From a virus (taxonomy: Duplodnaviria; Caudoviricetes), in the IMG/VR virus record IMGVR_UViG_3300032223_002350, positions 1-62,505 of that record: a stretch of 62,505 nt of DNA. One strand, given 5' to 3'. Within the stretch, counting starts at the first letter, position 1, and each line of letters opens with the position of its first letter. Below the pieces are notes generated by a model. It ran no database searches. It was not told where the DNA came from and saw only the letters and a list, made by a program, of their open reading frames with translations. The position numbers and the translations under genes are program-made. Shown one piece after another: positions 26,454 through 34,214 of the stretch.

Positions 26454-28258
26454 TTTGATTCTAATATTGATTTAAATTTGAAATATGATTTATGCTTTTC
26501 TACGCCTGGTATATCCCAGCCATTTTCGAAATCTGCTATAGTATGATGTGGTTTAATATAGTACTGCCATATTGGATTCTTTATATACTTCAACCATACA
26601 CACAAAAGATCTTCTAAGTCCATTGGTTTCATATTATATCTTTCGCACAGCTTCATAAAATCTTTATACTTAAATCCAGGTTTTAAAATCTTCATCGATG
26701 CTGTGGCTGTAGGTCCAAGTTTACAATCTGACCATTCATCTATCTCAAATAAGCCTTTAAGTTTGGTATCAAGATTTACGTAATTTGCAAGATCAGCTGC
26801 CATTAGAAGATAGTGGAAATTAAATGCATGCAGATTTTGTTTCTTATTATATTGATTCATTATGTCTACAATGCTACCTACACTAGTACCAGGTTTAATT
26901 TTATCAATGATATGATCGGCCCATGGTTCAAAGTGATTAATAACCAAATCTTTAAGAGGATATCTTGGGGGTTGATTCACACAGCAACTTACAAAGTTAC
27001 CTTGATCTTCTTTCATAAACTTATAGAAATCTTTATATGAGCCATAGTTTTGGAAGTTCAATAAGATTGTATTATTATATCCGTGATTGTATTGATTTGA
27101 TGTGCCTGATCCAAATATCCTATGTGAATATATCAAAAAGAGATAGTCATAAGTTCCCCATTCTGGATTTGCAATTGGTTTATAGATATCCCATGTTAAT
27201 GAATCTTGTTGCATAAAATAATCCTCAAGCAAGAAAATGAAACCTTCAAATCTTCTATCAATATTGTGGAATAGATTCACGTTATCGATATACCCATCTC
27301 CAGTATTAAACACGCGTTGCTTTGTATCTATAAAAACTTTTTCTGTCTTTCTATTAATATCAATATAATAATCCAAACATTCTAAAGCTTTAGGATTATA
27401 TCCATTATGGTCTAATATAATATTCATGTTTGATTTTTTTTCTTTGTCTTTTATTAGATACACACTTGATGAACCTGGAATAATCTCTTCACTATATGGT
27501 ACTGGTTCTGCCTCATCATGATATTCTTCTGTTTGGCATTGATAGTCTTCTGATGAAATAGGTCCTGATACATGCATTGGAATCTCTGGAATATCTGAGT
27601 ATTTCATATAGCTTGTACTTGGCTTAATCTTATCAAAATGTCTCTGATACACATGTAAATTTGTAATAAACCAATGCATATCTCCCATTGCAGTATTTGT
27701 ATCAAAGCAAATTTTACTCATAAGTTTTGCAAAAGTATACTGATCATTACAAAATCCAAACCAAAGATCTATGCTTCTTGCGAATACTGTGAGATTTAAT
27801 TTACCATCTACTATTGTAAAATTAAGTACAACGTTACACGGAGTATCTGCGGTATATCTCTCTAGCTCATTTATATCGTAATGAACTACCATCGCTCTTC
27901 TTGAATTAGGATTACTCTTGAGCTCCTGAATAGCACGATCTAGCTGCCCATTCTTATTCCAAAAGTAACCATAATTTGAATTGACTTCTGTAGTACCCGG
28001 CACCATCATATTTTTCCAGATCTTTGCACGTTCAGATATTTCAGATGCATCTCGATTTCCAGTTAAATACCAATGCCACTCATATTCAGCATAATCTATA
28101 TTGAATTTTCTTTCTGGTTCTGTAATAATCATCTGCATTGGATTATCCAAAGTAAATGATTTATTGAATAGGGCTTTTGTACCTGAAAAGTCTTTGCCTA
28201 TAGATATAGCTTCTAAGTAAAGCTGCTTAAATGCTTCGTTTGCGTTTTTAAACTTCAT
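26450..28258 (-). CDS. dCMP-hydroxymethylase-type thymidylate synthase homologue fused to an amino acid:DNA transferase (aGPT-Pplase-like) domain
   Basis: N-domain: VNSNYG, SRRA, PC, RSIDLWFGFCND, LHVY.RHF. C-domain from about 27427: FHNIDR, LGPTA, DLEDLLCVWLKY. Confidence 0.75.
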   Translation of the reverse strand: MKFKNANEAFKQLYLEAISIGKDFSGTKALFNKSFTLDNPMQMIITEPERKFNIDYAEYEWHWYLTGNRDASEISERAKIWKNMMVPGTTEVNSNYGYFWNKNGQLDRAIQELKSNPNSRRAMVVHYDINELERYTADTPCNVVLNFTIVDGKLNLTVFARSIDLWFGFCNDQYTFAKLMSKICFDTNTAMGDMHWFITNLHVYQRHFDKIKPSTSYMKYSDIPEIPMHVSGPISSEDYQCQTEEYHDEAEPVPYSEEIIPGSSSVYLIKDKEKKSNMNIILDHNGYNPKALECLDYYIDINRKTEKVFIDTKQRVFNTGDGYIDNVNLFHNIDRRFEGFIFLLEDYFMQQDSLTWDIYKPIANPEWGTYDYLFLIYSHRIFGSGTSNQYNHGYNNTILLNFQNYGSYKDFYKFMKEDQGNFVSCCVNQPPRYPLKDLVINHFEPWADHIIDKIKPGTSVGSIVDIMNQYNKKQNLHAFNFHYLLMAADLANYVNLDTKLKGLFEIDEWSDCKLGPTATASMKILKPGFKYKDFMKLCERYNMKPMDLEDLLCVWLKYIKNPIWQYYIKPHHTIADFENGWDIPGVEKHKSYFKFKSILESK

Positions 28259-28643
28259 CGTATGATTTTAATTTTTTTCTAGTATCATCCACAGAAAGTA
28301 CATTATAGTTGTCTTCGGCTTTACCAAACATTTCTTCATACTTAGTAAAAAACGGTAGAAATATTACAATGCCACCTTTTTCTTTCATCCAATTCATCTC
28401 TTTTGCTATGCCTGCTCCAACGCTATTGTCTCCAAATCCAAATGCAAATAGCATATCACAGCTTTGTACGATTGGTTTAAAATAATCCATACCTTCTTTT
28501 TTAACTCCTATTTGATGGATCTCTTGGTTTGGATTTATTATTTCGTAATTTTCACTATACTTCTCAAGAAAGAATTTCTCTATAATAGTATTGTATGTAT
28601 TAATTGGATGAGCAAAATACATCCGTTTTTTATTTTCTGTCAT
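28248..28643 (-). CDS. nucleoside 2-deoxyribosyltransferase-like / nucleotide N-glycosidase
   Basis: MYFAHP, IINP, CD, GAGIAKE. Confidence 0.65.
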   Translation of the reverse strand: MTENKKRMYFAHPINTYNTIIEKFFLEKYSENYEIINPNQEIHQIGVKKEGMDYFKPIVQSCDMLFAFGFGDNSVGAGIAKEMNWMKEKGGIVIFLPFFTKYEEMFGKAEDNYNVLSVDDTRKKLKSYDEV

Positions 28644-29046
28644 ATTGTGAAATATCTATAAATTTTTTAAGAAAGTCTATACCGTCTGTCTTTCTGTACT
28701 CTTGAAAATAAAGTACACGTTTTATTCCAGATTGTAGTATTAATTTTGCACAGTCAACACATGGACTCAGAGTTAAATAAAGTTCTGCTCCTTCGACCGC
28801 ATATCCAGATCTTGCTGCTTTGAGAATTGCATTCATTTCAGCGTGTATAACTTCTGGTAATGTAATATCGTTTCTTTCACAACAATTATCCATACCAGCT
28901 GGAGTACCATTATATCCAAATGCTATGATATTATTATCTTTTACTAAGACTGCGCCAACTTTTGAACGTTGACAGTGAGATAATGTTGAGACGTCTTTTG
29001 CAATATTGATATAAACTTTATCGAGCTTTTTTTGCTTATCTACCAT
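28630..29046 (-). CDS. dCMP deaminase
   Basis: GYNG, HAEMNA, SPCVDC. Confidence 0.92.
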   Translation of the reverse strand: MVDKQKKLDKVYINIAKDVSTLSHCQRSKVGAVLVKDNNIIAFGYNGTPAGMDNCCERNDITLPEVIHAEMNAILKAARSGYAVEGAELYLTLSPCVDCAKLILQSGIKRVLYFQEYRKTDGIDFLKKFIDISQYDRK

Positions 29047-29303
29047 GATCTTACTCTTCTGCCTTTTGCAATAGCTGTCTGATGTTTTATTGTGTCTCCT
29101 ACATTATACTTTTCACAACTGTCGATGAATGAACTTTGTCCACTATTCCAGTAATATGCGCATCCTCCGGGTTCTACTTCGATTTTATCTACTACTGTCC
29201 ATACGCAAAATTTATAACCATTTGTTCTAATCTTGTTGAATTTATGTATTGTACAAGATGATAGCAGAGCAATGCTCAATGCTGTGAATACTATTCTTTT
29301 CAT
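29040..29303 (-). CDS. putative lipoprotein
   Basis: MKRIVFTALSIALLSSC lipobox; start moved to the internal Met. Confidence 0.6.
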   Translation of the reverse strand: MKRIVFTALSIALLSSCTIHKFNKIRTNGYKFCVWTVVDKIEVEPGGCAYYWNSGQSSFIDSCEKYNVGDTIKHQTAIAKGRRVRSW

Positions 29304-29313
29304 AACTTCTATT

Positions 29314-29745
29314 TTAATGAATTCCAGTTGATCCAAATCCTCCAGAGCCACGTTCTGTCTCTATATCATCAAGAGACTCAACTACTTCAATACTATCATA
29401 ATTCATCTTAATAAGAATAAACTGAATTAGCTTTTGACTTGGATTTATTAATGTGGTTGTTTTTCCTGAATTAAATACGTGGATATGAATTTCTCCAGTA
29501 TAATCCTCATCTACTACCTCTGCCCCCTTTGTGAGTTTATTCTTTGTTGCAATGCCAGATTTATTGAATGCTATTAATGCATATCCTGGTGGTACTTGTA
29601 CTTTTATACCTGACGGAATTAATGCATCTTGCCCAGGTCCTAAAAGAATTGGCTCCATATCATCAGGAGTATAAAAATCAATACCCGCACTCTTGCTTGT
29701 GCCTCGAATTGGTGTTTTTACTGGTTTAATTTTTTGGATTTTCAT
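29314..29745 (-). CDS. dut: trimeric dUTPase
   Basis: SAGIDF, KSG, VDEDYTGEI, Q, RGSGGFGSTG. Confidence 0.93.
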   Translation of the reverse strand: MKIQKIKPVKTPIRGTSKSAGIDFYTPDDMEPILLGPGQDALIPSGIKVQVPPGYALIAFNKSGIATKNKLTKGAEVVDEDYTGEIHIHVFNSGKTTTLINPSQKLIQFILIKMNYDSIEVVESLDDIETERGSGGFGSTGIH

Positions 29746-30007
29746 TTTTTTCTATTTTGTTTTTTTCTCTTAGTACTGTAAAATAAGTTCCTATAAAACC
29801 ACCTATAAAAGCAGCAAATAGTAAAGTTCTATCTCCAATATAATTTATTGTAGTAAAAGCCCCAAAGATTATTATCATTGAGCTCCATATTGCTGATTTT
29901 AGAGGATCATGTTTTCCTACGTAAATGAAATATTTTGCCCAACATACATCTACAAAAAACATAGAAATAATAACCCCTAAAAATTTTAGTATATAAGTTA
30001 CTTCCAT
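29726..30007 (-). CDS. small membrane protein (3 TM)
   Basis: Three hydrophobic helices, GGFIGTY. Confidence 0.7.
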   Translation of the reverse strand: MEVTYILKFLGVIISMFFVDVCWAKYFIYVGKHDPLKSAIWSSMIIIFGAFTTINYIGDRTLLFAAFIGGFIGTYFTVLREKNKIEKNENPKN

Positions 30008-30010
30008 TAT

Positions 30011-30289
30011 TTACTTTGTTTTATCGTAATCTTCTTTGTAATGTTCTACCATGGCTGTAAGATATGCAATGGCATCTAAAATGTTATCATATTTTTTTGA
30101 GTATGATTCTCTTGACATCTTTAAAGCAACCATGCAGAGATACATGTCCTTTGCCGTGATATCTTTTCCTGTCATAGTAGAAGCTAATATTGCAGCTTTT
30201 TCCATGCTCTCTTTCATTGGACCGTATTTTCTTCCAGATTCCTCTGCTCTACGATATACAATATCTTGTGCGTGTTCTAAAATGTTCAT
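30011..30289 (-). CDS. DUF6378-like nucleotide-metabolism-associated protein
   Basis: MNILEHA...R...YG...MVALKMSR...DN.LDAIAY; start at the internal Met. Confidence 0.7.
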   Translation of the reverse strand: MNILEHAQDIVYRRAEESGRKYGPMKESMEKAAILASTMTGKDITAKDMYLCMVALKMSRESYSKKYDNILDAIAYLTAMVEHYKEDYDKTK

Positions 30290-30315
30290 AATAGAATATA
30301 ATAATGTTGTGGAAA

Positions 30316-31245
30316 TTAAGAAAGTATATCTTGTAAGTATGGAAAGTATTTTGGCTTTAAATGTACTGATTGCTTTGATTCTAATATTTCTAGCATTGCT
30401 GTACCATCTTCGTCTATCCAATTTTCTGGCCATGATATAAAATTAAGTCCTGATTCTGCTATAATATTATTTGCTATTTGTCTTAATTCCATTCTCTGCT
30501 GACGTGATCCAAAGAATGGTTGCTTTTTATATAGCCCAGTTCCAGGTATTTTACGTGATTCATGTTCTACTGGAAGTAATTGAATCAATGTTGGATTATT
30601 GAGTTCTTTTGCTAGGTTTACGTATTTTGTAAATAATTTTTGTGTTGCTGCTACTGGATCTGATTGACGAGCTAAATGAAATCTCAAATCTATATTCCCA
30701 AAGTAAAGCACAACATTACCTGGTCTTACTTGATTTATTGCCTGAGCATTTGCATGTTTCAACCATCCAAATAAAGTCTTACCGGGATTAAAACTCAACG
30801 CGTATCCAGGTCTCCATACTGATAATGAATGTGAGTCTCCAATGACAATATTTGGGTTTGGTTTTGAGAAATAATCAATGGCTTTATTTGTATGCCATGG
30901 CCAATGAGAAGTTTGAATTTTAATTCTATTATTGAACTTAAGAAAATCAAAAGTCTTATTGACAAATTCTATCTCCCCAGTATATTGAGATATAGCCGTC
31001 ATCTTTTCTGTGTGAATTGGTTGTGGTCCTCCTGGAATATTAAAGCTGCCATCTGTGAAATTTACTCCTTCACATATATACAACTTTTCATATTGACTCC
31101 ACGTATTGGGATCTGGATTTACGTCTATCTCATCTTGTGGATTAAGATCTTTGACCATCTTTGTTGTGATGAGCCCGTAAGCACCACCCTGCGAATTTAG
31201 AGTGGAGCCTACGTTTCCCATTATTGATATTAGTGCTGCTTTCAT
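30316..31245 (-). CDS. SGNH/GDSL-fold hydrolase or acyltransferase
   Basis: IGDSH (block I), FGNID (block III), SVHL (block V). Confidence 0.65.
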   Translation of the reverse strand: MKAALISIMGNVGSTLNSQGGAYGLITTKMVKDLNPQDEIDVNPDPNTWSQYEKLYICEGVNFTDGSFNIPGGPQPIHTEKMTAISQYTGEIEFVNKTFDFLKFNNRIKIQTSHWPWHTNKAIDYFSKPNPNIVIGDSHSLSVWRPGYALSFNPGKTLFGWLKHANAQAINQVRPGNVVLYFGNIDLRFHLARQSDPVAATQKLFTKYVNLAKELNNPTLIQLLPVEHESRKIPGTGLYKKQPFFGSRQQRMELRQIANNIIAESGLNFISWPENWIDEDGTAMLEILESKQSVHLKPKYFPYLQDILS

Positions 31246-31268
31246 AACCTTATCTTTTTATTAATCTA

Positions 31269-32921
31269 CTACATTCCTGGCATTCCTGAAAATCCATCTG
31301 CTGAGTTTTCTTCTTTTTCAGACTTCTTTTCTAAAACCACAGATTCTACTGTGAGGATTGTGCCTGCTACTCCACTTGCATTTTTGATAGAAGATGTTAC
31401 TACCTTTGTTGGATCTAAAAGTCCTGCTTCTATACCATTGACAATACACTTATTTTTTGCATCATAGGTAGTAAATTGATCATCTTTTAAATTTATACTA
31501 TGGAGAATCTCATACCAAGTATCAACACCCGCATTTGAAAGTATCTTTTTAAATGGTTCATGACAAGCTTCTTTGACAATATTAAAACCAATCTTCTCAT
31601 TTTCTTTCCAATCCAATGTTTTATTCTTCATGGCCGTGATTGCTTTAATAAGAGCTATACCGCCACCTGGAAGTATACCATCTACTAATGCTGCCTTTGT
31701 AGCAAGCAGTGCATCTTCTACTCGATCTTTCTTCTCTTTCATCTCAATTTCAGAGTTGCCTCCTACATTAATGATTGCTACTCCACCAATAAGTTTACCA
31801 AGACGTTCTTGTAGTTTCTCCTTTTCAAAGAAAGACTGTGCTTTATCTATCTGGTCTTTGATTTCCAGTGATCTTGCTTGTATTACTTCTGCATCTCCTT
31901 TGCCATCTACGATTGTTGTGTCTTCCTTGCTTACTGTTGCCAATCTTGATTTTCCTAGGAATTTATCCATGTCTTGAGGTGTTATCTTGTCAAGCTTATG
32001 ACCTTTGCTTTTTGATAGCACAGTACCACCTGTTAGTATTGCCATGTCCTCAAGAAGCAATGTACGACGATCACCAAAGTCTGGAGCTTTTACTGCACAT
32101 ACTTTTACAACACCTCTCATCTTATTAACGATCATTAGTGCTAGTGCTTCATCTCCATAATCTTCTGCTATGATAAGGATTGATTTGTTCTCTGAGTTTG
32201 CTTTTTGTAGGAATGGTATGATCTCAGTTGCTGCATTGATTCTGCCATCGAATAAAAGAATATAGCAATCTTCAAGGATAGAGGTCATCGTAGTATTATT
32301 TGTCACGAAATATGGGCTCTTATATCCTCGGTCAAACTGCATACCCTCTACAACTTCGAGCGTAGTCTCTCCTGTTTTTGACTCTTCAATTGTGATCAGA
32401 CCCTCACGGCCTACTTTGTCTATTGCTGCAGAGATTAATTCTCCCACCTCAGAGTCATTATTGCCTGATATTGTTGCTACTTGCTTGATCTGCTCTTCTG
32501 TGCTTACATCAACTGAAAACTTCTTCAGCTCTTCTATAACCATTGCAACCGCCTTGTCTATACCAGCTTTTACTTCAACTGCATTAGTGCCTTGGCGTAT
32601 TTCTTTCATGCCCTCTTGGATCATCTTTGTAGCAAGCAGTGTTGATGTTGTTGTGCCATCTCCAGCTTCATTTGCCGACTTTATCGATACCTGCTTCACC
32701 ATCTGTGCTCCAAGATCTTCGAAGTCATTCTCTAACTTTAAAAATGATTTTGCAACTGTGACACCATCTTTTGTGGCTTTTACTTCTCCATTTGGTTCAC
32801 GTATCAAGACTGTGCGGCCTCCTGGTCCAAGCGTTGATGATACTGTCTTATTTAATTTTTCAATGCCGGCAAGGAGTTGTTCCTTTAGCTCTGTTCCGAA
32901 AACACTATTTGTTGTACTCAT
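31269..32921 (-). CDS. groEL: chaperonin GroEL
   Basis: TLGPGG, TKDGVTVA, GDGTTT, EGMQFDRGYKSPYF. Confidence 0.97.
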   Translation of the reverse strand: MSTTNSVFGTELKEQLLAGIEKLNKTVSSTLGPGGRTVLIREPNGEVKATKDGVTVAKSFLKLENDFEDLGAQMVKQVSIKSANEAGDGTTTSTLLATKMIQEGMKEIRQGTNAVEVKAGIDKAVAMVIEELKKFSVDVSTEEQIKQVATISGNNDSEVGELISAAIDKVGREGLITIEESKTGETTLEVVEGMQFDRGYKSPYFVTNNTTMTSILEDCYILLFDGRINAATEIIPFLQKANSENKSILIIAEDYGDEALALMIVNKMRGVVKVCAVKAPDFGDRRTLLLEDMAILTGGTVLSKSKGHKLDKITPQDMDKFLGKSRLATVSKEDTTIVDGKGDAEVIQARSLEIKDQIDKAQSFFEKEKLQERLGKLIGGVAIINVGGNSEIEMKEKKDRVEDALLATKAALVDGILPGGGIALIKAITAMKNKTLDWKENEKIGFNIVKEACHEPFKKILSNAGVDTWYEILHSINLKDDQFTTYDAKNKCIVNGIEAGLLDPTKVVTSSIKNASGVAGTILTVESVVLEKKSEKEENSADGFSGMPGM

Positions 32922-32924
32922 ATT

Positions 32925-33215
32925 CTAATTTAAAATTGCTAAGACTTCTGTCTCTTTTGTGATGAAATAATCCTCTCCGGCGAGGCTGATCTTTGTAGTG
33001 CCCATCTTTGGTATGAGAACTATGTCTCCTATATTAAGATTTGATGGGATAGTTGTATCAGAATTATAGTTATACGTACCTGAAGTCGCTATAACTTCTC
33101 CTGATTCTGGACGTTCTTTGCCCATGTCTGGAAGAATGATATTGCCTACCATCTCTTCTGATGTCTCTACTGGCTTGAGTACAATGTACCCATTTTTCGG
33201 TGTGATTTTGCTCAT
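32925..33215 (-). CDS. groES: co-chaperonin GroES
   Basis: GNIILPD..KE.P..GEVIA, GDIVL, EVLAIL; adjacent to groEL. Confidence 0.92.
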   Translation of the reverse strand: MSKITPKNGYIVLKPVETSEEMVGNIILPDMGKERPESGEVIATSGTYNYNSDTTIPSNLNIGDIVLIPKMGTTKISLAGEDYFITKETEVLAILN

Positions 33216-33272
33216 AAAATAATATAAACTTTATTTTTGTAAATGTAAAACTTTTCTTTTCAGTTGGTTAAA

Positions 33273-33286
33273 GAAACACCCATAAC
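33273..33286. repeat. 14-bp inverted repeat, left arm (partner at 34175-34188)
   Basis: GAAACACCCATAAC / GTTATGGGTGTTTC, a perfect match. Confidence 0.85.
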
Positions 33287-33296
33287 CTATAAGATT

Positions 33297-34112
33297 TTAT
33301 AATTTTTCTCCGCAATTTGGACAGAACTTCCAATTTGATTTCTTAATTCTTATTCCACACTCTCCACAGTAATTCCTGATCTCACTTGCCTGTATAGCTT
33401 TGAGAGACTCTGGAAGTAGATGGTATTCGTACGTGTAATATGGAGTCTTGTAGAAATCTCCTGTTGTATTTGTAAATTTCTGATTTGATTTCTCTCCTTG
33501 TGCTACTCTACCCGTCTCTACTGAATCTGGCTTTGCCTCATTAAGTAGCCCAGTAGTTCTAATATTTGGACCAGCAAATGTGTTGCTTGAGTTTGAGAAA
33601 GATGTAGATGAGTAAAAGCTTGTAGTGCTCTGTCCTATAATGTTTCCAGTTGGAGATTTATATGTGATTGAATCATAGTATACTGGAGGTGTAACGGTTG
33701 TAATTACGCCAGTGGTAAACGTTATAATTTCTGGATAAAACTCAACCTTTATTAATCCATTCTTTTCTCTTGCTGATGATGTTTCTTCTACGTCATCTAC
33801 TTCGAATGTCTTAAAAATGAATTTTGCATTCTCATCGATAAATCTCTCTAAGAATATTCTATCACCAGCTGGAATTACAATGCCTGATTTTGAAACCAAC
33901 TTGCCGTTGATCCAGATCTTTGCCATATATTTTACTGATGTAGGATTGTGTAATTCTATCTCGAAGTTTGTTTCGTCCTTGAGGTGGATGTTTGTGATGT
34001 TGTAGACTTTTAGCCTAGACTTCTTTGATGTGATGTGCGCTTCGGGCCTAGCAAATGTGCCATACCCCGTGTTTGTGATGTACATGATTTTCCTTTTTTT
34101 ATGTGTTAACAA
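33297..34112 (-). CDS. conserved protein with C-terminal zinc ribbon
   Basis: FEIELHNP...FLERFID...ETGRV..G..S.Q; CGECG...CPNCG. The start may be 34085. Confidence 0.8.
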   Translation of the reverse strand: MLTHKKRKIMYITNTGYGTFARPEAHITSKKSRLKVYNITNIHLKDETNFEIELHNPTSVKYMAKIWINGKLVSKSGIVIPAGDRIFLERFIDENAKFIFKTFEVDDVEETSSAREKNGLIKVEFYPEIITFTTGVITTVTPPVYYDSITYKSPTGNIIGQSTTSFYSSTSFSNSSNTFAGPNIRTTGLLNEAKPDSVETGRVAQGEKSNQKFTNTTGDFYKTPYYTYEYHLLPESLKAIQASEIRNYCGECGIRIKKSNWKFCPNCGEKL

Positions 34113-34114
34113 TG

Positions 34115-34188
34115 TTGCCGGTCTTATCGTGGCCTGTGACCATTCAAGGGATATTGCTTCCCAAGATCGACAAAGTTATGGGTGTTTC
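34115..34188 (-). promoter_or_regulatory. structured 5' leader (three-way junction) plus right inverted-repeat arm
   Basis: TTGTCGATCTT/AAGACCGGCAA closing stem enclosing GGGA/TCCC and TGGTC/GGCCA hairpins; late motif at 34193-34200. Confidence 0.55.
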
Positions 34189-34214
34189 ATCTATAAATAT
34201 ATGTGTTTTATATT

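Noticed and set aside
33273-34188. IS element or retron defined by the inverted repeats
   Set aside because: The enclosed protein has no DDE, HUH or RT motifs, and no target-site duplication is evident. Kept only as an RNA-structure hypothesis.
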